Source: Kiritimatiellia bacterium (GTDB taxonomy: Bacteria; Verrucomicrobiota; Kiritimatiellia; JAAZAB01). Taken from it: a DNA stretch of 64,000 nt. Below are positions 42,846 to 51,357 of the stretch, piece by piece. Position 1 is the first letter of the stretch. Each line of letters begins with the position of its first letter. The DNA is taken from NCBI GenBank assembly GCA_040767085.1, contig JAXGPF010000009.1, positions 196,486 to 260,485 of the forward strand, in the 5' to 3' direction. The translations under genes were made by a program, and so were the position numbers. The notes beneath the pieces were generated by a model. It saw nothing but the letters and a program-made list of their open reading frames with translations. It had not been told where the DNA came from and did no database searches.

Positions 42846-43741
42846 CATTTTATTTGTCGGATACCTAGGCCTGGCCCTTGTTCCTGCAATGAAGTTGTTG
42901 AGCGCCCCTGCTTCTGTTTTGCACCAAGCGTTTTAATCTTTGTTTGGCCTGCTGCGCATGGAGGGGTACGGGTTCCATAGATGATGTAATTGTTGACGTC
43001 GTCAATCGTAAACCCGGCGGGAGTCATGTCGGCGATAAAAACACCAAGCGGGTGGCGGTTGGAGCCGAATTTATCACGGCCTGCTTTTTTGGCAACATCA
43101 ATTTGGAGTTTCATCAACTCCCAGCTAACGGCGGTTTTCATATCGTGTCCCGTGTACACGCTTAGCCCGATCACAGGTTTCGTCCCGGCGCTGTAGTTTG
43201 TAAGGCATAATATTATCCAATCATAGATTTCGGCCGCGGTTGTTTTCTTTTCGCAGGTCGGGTATGTCATCTCCACAAGCTGAAGCCGCGGATGGTTCGC
43301 GATAATGGCGAGCGCGGCGGGATCCCAGGTCAGCCTGTTATTCCATTGAATCACCGAAAGCCCCGCCCGCTCGTCAATGCTGTTAACAAACTCCTGCGCC
43401 TGCTCTGCGCCGGTCTTTGCCGACCAGTTCTCATGGTCGGTGGCCAGGAGCCGGGCATTTTGAGCGTAATTATCCTTGATGCCCTCGATGCAAGTGTTGA
43501 TCTTGTCGGTGTCGCCAACCTGCCTGTGCATGCGCCGCGCTTCATACTCTTTCTTGTATGGGCCTTGATACGCAATGGTCCACGATGCCACCATGTTCGC
43601 GGTTTTACAGTTGGCCCGGCCATGCGCGTTGCCAATCCACCAATGAACAGGATATGCCGCGGTATCGTCCGCCGGCGCGGGCATCGTAAGCATCGATACT
43701 GACAGAACCACCGCTATTCCAGCGCGCCATAATGTTTTCAT
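42845..43741 (-). CDS. Hypothetical secreted protein (cassette ORF)
   Basis: 298-aa ORF with signal peptide and lower GC; no recognised family. Confidence 0.7.
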   Translation of the reverse strand: MKTLWRAGIAVVLSVSMLTMPAPADDTAAYPVHWWIGNAHGRANCKTANMVASWTIAYQGPYKKEYEARRMHRQVGDTDKINTCIEGIKDNYAQNARLLATDHENWSAKTGAEQAQEFVNSIDERAGLSVIQWNNRLTWDPAALAIIANHPRLQLVEMTYPTCEKKTTAAEIYDWIILCLTNYSAGTKPVIGLSVYTGHDMKTAVSWELMKLQIDVAKKAGRDKFGSNRHPLGVFIADMTPAGFTIDDVNNYIIYGTRTPPCAAGQTKIKTLGAKQKQGRSTTSLQEQGPGLGIRQIK

Positions 43742-44060
43742 ATTTGTCTATCTGAAACAATCAACTTCCCGACGCTCTTAACGCATTCCTGATTTATTTC
43801 ATTCGAACCGTATTATCATTTTATAGGACCCTCTGCCTGATCATTTTAAATAACCCTCTGTCTGCCCTCTGTCTGCAAATATGCTTCACGTCTTGACGCG
43901 CCGCCGGTAATTCAACAGTTACGCTGGCCAATTCCGCGCGCTCCATCCCGAACCATTACCCTATAGGGCGCGTTGTCCCACACGCGTCTTCATGAACCAT
44001 GGATTAGTCACCGACCCCTCGCGGACTCGGAGTTGGAACTAATCCTTGTTTTGTTGAGCC

Positions 44061-44534
44061 TCAGTTGTCATCGGTGTAGACGATCTGAGGCTTTCCGTCG
44101 CGTTCTTTGAGCACAAGCACCAGCAGTCCATGCCCCGATCTCTCGGACACGCTGAAAACCAGGAGGCAGCCGATCGCGTCCTCCATCTGTCCGGCGACGC
44201 GCGTGTCTTTCCACATATTGTCAGGATAGCGTCCGTCAAGAGTGGCCACGTCATCACCTCGAAAAAATATAATCTCCTCGATTTGGAAGAGGCGGAACAT
44301 GGCCGGGTCCTGGTTGCGCAGGGATTCAACCGCGGATCCCTTGCCTCTTCCTTTTATCTGGGCATCCGGATGAAAGAATTGCAGAGCGTACTCCCGGTCC
44401 CCCTCCAGGATGAGAGCGTTTATCGTCGCCAAGGCAACGCGTCGGGCGACACGTTCATCGGGGACACCCGCGATAGCCTTGGACACGATCACTCCTGTCA
44501 GCATGATGGCGGTCAACATACGAGCATGGTTCAT
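44061..44534 (-). CDS. Hypothetical exported protein (cassette ORF)
   Basis: [10 protein letters not shown], signal peptide; starts just after the GTTGGAC core site. Confidence 0.7.
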   Translation of the reverse strand: MNHARMLTAIMLTGVIVSKAIAGVPDERVARRVALATINALILEGDREYALQFFHPDAQIKGRGKGSAVESLRNQDPAMFRLFQIEEIIFFRGDDVATLDGRYPDNMWKDTRVAGQMEDAIGCLLVFSVSERSGHGLLVLVLKERDGKPQIVYTDDN

Positions 44535-44557
44535 TCCTGTCTCCTTTCGTTCCTGTG

Positions 44558-44707
44558 GTCCAACGGTGAACTGTTGATCGCAACTGACGGAGACCGGAAG
44601 CTTGGCTTCCGGGCGCACGTCAATTGATCTCAACGGCTATTTAGACCAGGCGCTACTCGCCTGGCAGGCAAGCCGTGCAAGCTGTGCTCGCAAGTTCGCC
44701 GTTAGGC
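44558..44707 (-). repeat. Long attC site (150 bp)
   Basis: GCCTAACGGCGAACT...AGTTCACCGTTGGAC; homologous to 46773-46920 and 47233-47379. Confidence 0.8.
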
Positions 44708-44849
44708 GGCGGTCAGGCGTGTGGTAAAGCGTCGCCTGCACCGGCTAATTCGGCTGTGGCTTCTGTTTCCACGGGTTATCTTCAATGCGCCCGCCGGTGT
44801 CACCCCGGATCGAAGCGCCGTCAAATCAGCCACCATGGCGTACGGGCGA

Positions 44850-45977
44850 TTAAGGCAACCACTTTTTGACCATTATACTTGCAACTTCATCAACAGCTTG
44901 CTCGGCATCTGAGCCGCCAATGTTGGTTGCGATGACGACGGCAAAATCCTTCTCCGGCGCGAGCCAGATACTCATGTACCAGAACGTATTTGAGCCGTTG
45001 TGCCAAAGCGCCTTCCCGCCTGCCCAGTCGCGTTTGAAGCAGAGCCAGCCGCAGGCATAATCACCGCCTTCCGGCGGGGTGTGCAGTTTCCGAACGGTCT
45101 CCGCCTTCAATAAGCCGTCTTCCCTCTCGCCTTCCATCGGGAAGATCGCGTAGCGCGCAAGGTCGTCCAGCGAACAATGCACTCTACCGGCAGGCGCAAT
45201 CGCGGGCGGATTGTCCTTCTGACTCGGAGTCGTAAAACACAGCGTCTTGGTATGGCCCCAAGGCTGATCAACTTGGTTCTTCGTTCCGGGAGGGCCGAAT
45301 CCCGCGGACTCCATGTGCAGTGGCTTGAAAAGCTTCTCGATGATGAGAGACTCCCACGAAAGACCGGATATCCTTTCCAGCATCGCGCCAATGATCGCGT
45401 AACCTTGGTTTGAGTAGATCATCTTCGTTCCCGGCGGAGCTGCTAGCGGTTTGGCAAGAACGGCTTGTATGAACTGCTGACGTTGTTGTGCCGGCGTGCC
45501 ATTCTCCTCCCAAGCGCGCACCCACGCGAGCGTGGGTGGCTTGCCCGGAACGCCGCCACGATGCGTGAGCAACTGCTCGACTGTCACGGTCTCATACTGC
45601 TTGTCCATTTTGCCTTTCCAATCTGGGAACACCTCGGCAATGGCGGTATCCCAGCGCAACCGGCCTTCCTCGATGAACATGGCCGCAAGCGTTGCCGTCA
45701 TGGACTTGGTGCAGGAGCCTATGTGGAACTGGTCATTGGTTGTAACCGGAGTGGGATTGCCGTTCTTGCGGACGCCCAAGGCGCCGCGGTCGCAGATCTT
45801 GCCGTCTTTCACGACAACGACGGCCAGTGCAGGTAATTTGTGCTTGTCGCGAATCCCCGCCAATGCCTGCATGGTATCCAGAGATGATGCTGGCGTGACC
45901 GGGACTTGAGCCGCTACCTGGAACGACAGGCACAGCGCCACGACCGGAATTCCATACAATCCTTTTCGCGATCTCAT
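44850..45977 (-). CDS. Serine hydrolase, beta-lactamase/AmpC-like family (cassette ORF)
   Basis: SCTK (SxxK), YSN, HNGS; signal peptide. Confidence 0.88.
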   Translation of the reverse strand: MRSRKGLYGIPVVALCLSFQVAAQVPVTPASSLDTMQALAGIRDKHKLPALAVVVVKDGKICDRGALGVRKNGNPTPVTTNDQFHIGSCTKSMTATLAAMFIEEGRLRWDTAIAEVFPDWKGKMDKQYETVTVEQLLTHRGGVPGKPPTLAWVRAWEENGTPAQQRQQFIQAVLAKPLAAPPGTKMIYSNQGYAIIGAMLERISGLSWESLIIEKLFKPLHMESAGFGPPGTKNQVDQPWGHTKTLCFTTPSQKDNPPAIAPAGRVHCSLDDLARYAIFPMEGEREDGLLKAETVRKLHTPPEGGDYACGWLCFKRDWAGGKALWHNGSNTFWYMSIWLAPEKDFAVVIATNIGGSDAEQAVDEVASIMVKKWLP

Positions 45978-45997
45978 TTACTGCCCCATCCCTGCGC

Positions 45998-46052
45998 CGC
46001 CCACGTTCCGGCGCACCAGCGGCGCGATGAACGACGCAGGCGCCGGTTGTTG
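45998..46052 (-). repeat. Short attC site with damaged core (GT-GGGC)
   Basis: CAACAAC 3 bp after the stop, CCGGCGC/GCGCCGG stem, ends ...GGAACGTGGGCGGC. Confidence 0.6.
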
Positions 46053-46055
46053 GTC

Positions 46056-46760
46056 TTACGGGTTCCCTAAGTATGTCGCAGGAATCTTCGTCTCCTCAAT
46101 GGCGCCTTCAACCTGCCGGACTCTATACGCCAGCGCGCCAGGCCTGGAACTCACAATATGAGCAAGTTTCCGCCCTATAAAGTGCAGAGCCACACCATCG
46201 TCTGCAGCCAGACCGGCCTTCATGCGCCCTTGCATGATGAATCCCTGGTACGCAGGCCGTCGTGTTGACTCGCCGTCATAGTGAGGACTGTGGCTGCCGC
46301 GCAGAAAACCAAGGCACGGCAGGACCGTCAACTTGCCCGGGACAGAGTCCGTCAGCCCCTCATCAAACCAGCAAATCGAACCGGCGCTGATGCCGCCAAG
46401 GAGCACGCCCTTCCGCCAAGCCTTGCGGAGAATCCGGTCCAATCGCCATTCGCGCCAGAGGGCGAGCAGGCTTTTCGTGTTCCCGCCACCGACATAGATG
46501 GCGTCTTGCGACAGGATGAAGCCCTCCAGGTCTGCGGGCGGGCGAAACATCGAGAGGTGGGTGGGCGTGCAGGGCAACTGGTTGAACGCCTCATAGAATT
46601 TCACGATGTAGCAGTCAGCATCGCCCGATGCGGTAGGCACAAAACAGACGGCAGGTTTCCTCTTCCCGGTTTGCGCAAGGAAATATCGGTCCAGAAGCGG
46701 GTTATCGGGTTCCATCGAGAACCCGCCGCCACCCATCGCAATGATCTGTTGTCTTTTCAT
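46056..46760 (-). CDS. Peptidase S51 (dipeptidase E-like) (cassette ORF)
   Basis: IIAMGGGGFS, FVPTASGD, IYVGGGNT, GISAGS, PHYD. Confidence 0.9.
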   Translation of the reverse strand: MKRQQIIAMGGGGFSMEPDNPLLDRYFLAQTGKRKPAVCFVPTASGDADCYIVKFYEAFNQLPCTPTHLSMFRPPADLEGFILSQDAIYVGGGNTKSLLALWREWRLDRILRKAWRKGVLLGGISAGSICWFDEGLTDSVPGKLTVLPCLGFLRGSHSPHYDGESTRRPAYQGFIMQGRMKAGLAADDGVALHFIGRKLAHIVSSRPGALAYRVRQVEGAIEETKIPATYLGNP

Positions 46761-46772
46761 TTTTGTCGTCTC

Positions 46773-46920
46773 GGACAACGGTGAACTGTTGAGCGCAATT
46801 GACGGAGACCGACAACTTGGCTTCCAGGCGAACGGCAGTTGATCTCTAACGGATTGTTAGGCCAGGTGCTGGTCGCTTGGCCGTCAAGCCGGTCGAGTGG
46901 TGCTCTGCACTTGGTTCTGC
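46773..46920 (-). repeat. Long attC site (148 bp)
   Basis: GCAGAAC...internal GCCTAAC...AGTTCACCGTTGTCC; overlaps the 3' end of the upstream ORF. Confidence 0.8.
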
Positions 46921-47216
46921 GATTCCTCTTGTCTGATTGCCTGTTGCCTTCGGTTGCCACAAACAATGCCAAGAGGCAGCAAAATACTGTATGGAATCCA
47001 CATGAACCAGCGGTATGGATTGGGCAATGCAATAAGCAACCCGAGGAAGAGCAGGATAGCGATCCAGCACACGAGTGCCGATTTGATCATGAAAGAATGC
47101 TCGCGTGGCCCGTTGGTGTGTTTGATACTGAAATAGGTTCCGGCGATTCCGCCGGCGAGTCCGATAACGCTCCCGGCGAGTCCGCCAATCCATCCCCACA
47201 TTGCTCCAGTGTTCAT
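46884..47216 (-). CDS. Small 3-TM membrane protein (cassette ORF)
   Basis: GWIGGLAGSVIGLAGGIAGTYFSIKHTNGPRE; three hydrophobic segments; AAAGGA RBS immediately after the core site. Confidence 0.75.
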   Translation of the reverse strand: MNTGAMWGWIGGLAGSVIGLAGGIAGTYFSIKHTNGPREHSFMIKSALVCWIAILLFLGLLIALPNPYRWFMWIPYSILLPLGIVCGNRRQQAIRQEESQNQVQSTTRPA

Positions 47217-47232
47217 TATCATCATCCTTTCC

Positions 47233-47379
47233 GCAGAACGGCGAACTGTTGAGCGCAACTGACGAAGACCGGGAACTTGACTTCCGGGCTAATGGCAGTT
47301 GAGCTCGAAAGGCTTGTTAGGCCACGCACTGCGCGCCTGGCCTGCAAACCGGGCAAGCGGTGCTCGGCAATCTTTGTCG
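47233..47379 (-). repeat. Long attC site, first in the array (outer inverse core degenerate)
   Basis: Internal GCCTAACAAGCCTTTCGAG...CTCAACAGTTCGCCGTTCTGC. Confidence 0.75.
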
Positions 47380-48008
47380 AAATTAATGATGCGCCTGTTT
47401 TCCGAATCTGTCCAGCGTAATTTTTCGCCATTATCCCAGTTTTGAGATGCCTGTGCCTTTTGTGACTAAATATTTCCGGTTTCGGGCTTTTCCCATCTAT
47501 CTGAAACAAACGATAAACACCCACACACTTTATTTTCCGCTCCCTCCTTCGTGCCCTTCGTGTTCTTCGTGGTTAAATCAGAAAAGGGGCAGTATCTGGC
47601 TCTTTCGCGTTCCTTGTGTCTTTTGTGGTGAATTCCTTCCCTCCGTTGATCAAAGGCACAGAGGGGCAAAGTGTTCTGTTTTCAGGCGTAAAACCTTAAA
47701 ACGGTAAACCTTAAAACATACGCCGAACTTACGCCGCCCCCGGTTCGCCCTCCAGCCGGCGGCCGTGGCGCGGACCGCGCTGGCGATGCTGGCCGCGCTA
47801 ACCAACGTACCGGAAAAGAACGGCTCCGTCTTAGACGTCGCCCTACCCGCCCGGCTCCGCGGATCATGCCATGGGCATGACAAGGGCGTTTATCCCGCCC
47901 CTGGCGGGATCGCCCTGCCCGAAAATATCATTTGACAATCTGAAACAATTCCGCATGCTTGCTTGGTTCTTTGTAAATACCGGGACGCCGGATTTAGGTT
48001 CAACTGTC

Positions 48009-48773
48009 ATGCAAACAACTGCGCATTATTTCCGGTTTAAACTGGCATATGACGGCACGGCCTATGGCGGCTGGCAGGTGCAGGCGAATGCTGTCACGAT
48101 CCAGGGCGTGATCGAGCAGGCCCTGGGCCAACTGGCCGGCGCGCCGGTCAAACTGCACGGGAGCGGCCGCACCGACCGGGGCGTGCATGCCATGGGCCAG
48201 GTGGCGCATTGCGCCCTGCCGGCGGGCTGGCAGACGGCTAAACTGGTTCGGGCTTTGAATGCCCTGCTGCCGCCGGATATCCGGGTGATGGGCGCCGCGC
48301 GTTGTGGCCTGCGTTTTCACGCGCGCCGCAGCGCCGCGGCCAAGGAATACCGGTATTTCATATGGAATGCCGATATCCTGCCGCCGGTGCTGCGGCATTA
48401 CCGCGCGCATGTCCGGCAGCCGCTGGACGCGGCGGCGATGCAGACGGCCGCCGCGCGCCTGGAGGGCCGGCACGATTTTGCAGCTTTCGCCGCCAACCCC
48501 AACCGCCCGGTGGAAAGCACGGTGCGCGAACTGTACCGGCTGCAGGTGCGCCGGCGCGGCGCTGAAATCGTCATCATTGCGCGCGCGGACGGGTTCCTGT
48601 ATAAAATGGTCCGCAGCCTGGCGGGGTTCCTGATCCAGGTTGGCGCCGGCGCGGTACCGGCGGCGGCCGCGGATGCGATCCGGCGGAGCCGGGAGCGCAC
48701 CGCGCGCGTGCCCACGGCCCCGCCGCAAGGCTTGTTCCTCTGGCGGGTGTTTTACCGGCGCACCACGGGGTAG
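48009..48773 (+). CDS. truA: tRNA pseudouridine(38-40) synthase
   Basis: AYDGT.YGGWQ, GSGRTDRGVHA.GQ, FHAR, GFLYKMVR. Confidence 0.96.
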   Translation: MQTTAHYFRFKLAYDGTAYGGWQVQANAVTIQGVIEQALGQLAGAPVKLHGSGRTDRGVHAMGQVAHCALPAGWQTAKLVRALNALLPPDIRVMGAARCGLRFHARRSAAAKEYRYFIWNADILPPVLRHYRAHVRQPLDAAAMQTAAARLEGRHDFAAFAANPNRPVESTVRELYRLQVRRRGAEIVIIARADGFLYKMVRSLAGFLIQVGAGAVPAAAADAIRRSRERTARVPTAPPQGLFLWRVFYRRTTG

Positions 48774-49969
48774 TTGCGCAAAAACCCCTTGCGCGGCAGC
48801 GGCCCGACGATCGGCCGGGCATACTCCAGGAAGGCTTCGGTGACGTCGTTGCCGGCGCGGTTGATGAAAGCCGCCGGCATGCTCCGGGTATCCCGCGCCA
48901 CGCTGGACAGGGGCACGCGCTCGAAGGCGATCCGGTATTTCCGGCCGGGCCGGCGCCGCAGAGCGATTGAACCATCCACATCCTTGCCGACGGCGCATTG
49001 CACGGCCGCCGCGCCTGCGGCGCGGGCTTCGGCGGCATCCGCCGGGGCGGCGAGGCCGGGGAAAGACCTTTGCAGGTAGCCGAAGGTATCCGCGCGCACC
49101 CGGCTGATGCCGGCTTGGTCGCGCAGGGCGGCTGCCAGCAGGTCGCCCAGGGCGCCGGAGCCGCTAAGTTGCACGTTACCGTGCGAATCCTTTTCGCAGG
49201 TGAATTTAGCGGCAATGGCCACGCCTTTCGCGTCGGCGATGCCTTCCGACACCACCACCAGGCAGCGGCCCAAGCGGCGATAGACCTGCTGCACATCCTT
49301 GATGAAACGCGGGATGGCAAACGGGCGTTCGGGGAGGTAAATCAAGTGCGGGCCGTCATCCGGGCAACTGCGCGCCAGCGCGGCAGCGGCGGTCAGGAAC
49401 CCGGCATGCCGGCCCATGACTACGTCAATTTTCACCCCGGGGAGCGCGCGGTTATCCAGGTCGTCCCCCATCACCGCACAGGCCACGAACCGGGCGGCAC
49501 TGCCGAACCCGGGGGTATGGTCGTTTTCGCGCAGATCGTTGTCAATTGTTTTGGGAATATGGAAACAACGCAGTTCAAAACCGGACTGGCGGGCTTCTTC
49601 GTTGATGATATGGGTGGTTTCCGCGGAATCGTTCCCGCCGATGTAGAAAAAGTAACGCACATCGTACTTACGCAGAATATTGAAAATCCGGACGCAATCC
49701 TCGTGCGATGGTTTCTTCCGGACCGTGCCGAGCCCCGAGGACGGCGTCGCCGCCACCAGTTCCAGGTTCGCCGGAGTTTCCCGGCCCAGGTTCACCAGGT
49801 TTTCCTCCAGCACCCCGCGGATGCCGTGCCGGGAACCGTAAATCCGGCGGATTGCCTGGTGCCGGCGCGCTTCCAGGACCGCGCCGACCAGGCTTTGGTT
49901 GATCACCATGGTGGGGCCGCCGCTTTGCGCGATCAGCATGTTGCCGTACAATGTCTGCGTTTTACTCAT
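48752..49969 (-). CDS. Phosphofructokinase family protein, probably PPi-dependent (second paralog)
   Basis: AQSGGPT, GGNDS, PKTIDND, MGRHAG, FGYLQR. Confidence 0.9.
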   Translation of the reverse strand: MSKTQTLYGNMLIAQSGGPTMVINQSLVGAVLEARRHQAIRRIYGSRHGIRGVLEENLVNLGRETPANLELVAATPSSGLGTVRKKPSHEDCVRIFNILRKYDVRYFFYIGGNDSAETTHIINEEARQSGFELRCFHIPKTIDNDLRENDHTPGFGSAARFVACAVMGDDLDNRALPGVKIDVVMGRHAGFLTAAAALARSCPDDGPHLIYLPERPFAIPRFIKDVQQVYRRLGRCLVVVSEGIADAKGVAIAAKFTCEKDSHGNVQLSGSGALGDLLAAALRDQAGISRVRADTFGYLQRSFPGLAAPADAAEARAAGAAAVQCAVGKDVDGSIALRRRPGRKYRIAFERVPLSSVARDTRSMPAAFINRAGNDVTEAFLEYARPIVGPLPRKGFLRNYPVVRR

Positions 49970-50050
49970 ACACTGCTCCCTTCTGGCCGGCGGCAAACGC
50001 CGGGGGTGTTGCATGGGAACCGGCGGCTGCCGCCGGTTCCCGACGATTGG

Positions 50051-51352
50051 TCAGGCGGGCCGCGGCAGGATGCGCGGCGTGCCTTCGTAAGTGATTTGCA
50101 CGGGCAGACCGTCCTGCAAGATTGACATGCGCGCCGCTTCCACCACGAGTTCATTGATGTAACTGTTGGCAGGCGTGGCAATCAAGCCCTGCTCGTCCAC
50201 CGCGCGGATCAGGTCGCGGCGCCGGACGAGCGCGTCGGGTTCCGCGAGGCCGGCGGTTTCAGCCTCGACGCGCAGGATCGCGCCGACGATGCCGGCCACC
50301 GATTCAAAGCCGTAGCCCACCGGCTTGGCGCCGGGTTCCTCCCAGGGTACCAACCGGTAGAAATCGGGATTGACATAGTTGTAATGGGAGCCGGCGCAGC
50401 CGATGCCGCCCAGGTAACTGTGAATCACGCCCCGGAATTGATCGTCGTGCTGAATCAGGCCGCTTTTCCCCTGCCCTTCGCAGAACATGGTCAGGGATTG
50501 CTCGTTGCTGCCGGCGCCGGCGTCCGGGTAGCCCAGGCCGTCGGTCACGCTCAAGAGCGCCTGGTTTTCGAAGCGTACCCGGCCGTTGGCCCACATGTAG
50601 CCTTCCTTGCCGTTGGGAAACCGGCCCTTGACGCCGGCGACGGACACTTCCACCGGACGGAGGTTAGTAATGAAATAAACCAGGTCCACGTAATGGCAGC
50701 CGACGTAAACAAACGGGTCGGTCTTATCGGTGGTGAACCAATTCTGAAAATTGGAGGAACGGTAGTAATAGGGTTCCACCAGCTTGGCTTCGCCCATGGC
50801 GAATTCGCCGAAATGGCCGAGGCGGTACTGGCGGCGGGCCAGCAGCGCGCGGCGGTCAAAGCGCTTGTGGTATTCCACCCCGACGAACAGCCCTTTAGCC
50901 CGGGCCAGCTCCTCGATTTCCGCGGCCTGGCTGTATTGCAGCACCAGCGGCTTGACGCACAGCACATGCTGGTTGCGCCGCAGCGCCTCCATTACCACGG
51001 GATAATGCATTTGATCGGGCATGGCCACGACGGCAATCTGGCGCGGGGGCATGGCGGCCAGCAACTGCTTGTACAAGTCCGGAAAATTTTTTTCCGGCGC
51101 TTCCGACAGGGCGGGATGGGGCGTGAAAGTCTGGCCCGGAAACGCATCCAGGATATCGCGCGATTCCAGCAGGAAACGCAAGGGGGCGTTGTTGAGCGCG
51201 CAAACCTGGATGCGGCCGAGCGCGCCGGTCCGCTGCAAATGATAGAGGGAGGGCAGCAGCAGATCGTGGGTGATCATGCCGCCGCCGATCACCAGGACTT
51301 CGAGGGGGGATTTTTTATTGTGCACGAATGGACTCCTTGTTTCAGCGGCCAT
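50051..51352 (-). CDS. Gfo/Idh/MocA family oxidoreductase
   Basis: VIGGGMI, HVLCVKPL, YHKRFD, GCHYVD. Start uncertain by a few codons. Confidence 0.82.
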   Translation of the reverse strand: MAAETRSPFVHNKKSPLEVLVIGGGMITHDLLLPSLYHLQRTGALGRIQVCALNNAPLRFLLESRDILDAFPGQTFTPHPALSEAPEKNFPDLYKQLLAAMPPRQIAVVAMPDQMHYPVVMEALRRNQHVLCVKPLVLQYSQAAEIEELARAKGLFVGVEYHKRFDRRALLARRQYRLGHFGEFAMGEAKLVEPYYYRSSNFQNWFTTDKTDPFVYVGCHYVDLVYFITNLRPVEVSVAGVKGRFPNGKEGYMWANGRVRFENQALLSVTDGLGYPDAGAGSNEQSLTMFCEGQGKSGLIQHDDQFRGVIHSYLGGIGCAGSHYNYVNPDFYRLVPWEEPGAKPVGYGFESVAGIVGAILRVEAETAGLAEPDALVRRRDLIRAVDEQGLIATPANSYINELVVEAARMSILQDGLPVQITYEGTPRILPRPA

Positions 51353-51357
51353 GATCA

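Noticed and set aside
44850-45977. Antibiotic-resistance beta-lactamase
   Set aside because: SxxK/YxN with HNG (not KTG) fits the broad serine-hydrolase family; activity cannot be inferred.
44558-47379. Repeats read as a CRISPR array, given the Cas4-like gene
   Set aside because: Units are 90-150 bp, separated by whole genes; there are no regular spacers and no cas1/cas2.
37373-47900. tRNA-integrated island with att duplication
   Set aside because: The accessory DNA lies upstream of the tRNA 5' end; I saw no duplicated tRNA 3' end and no integrase.
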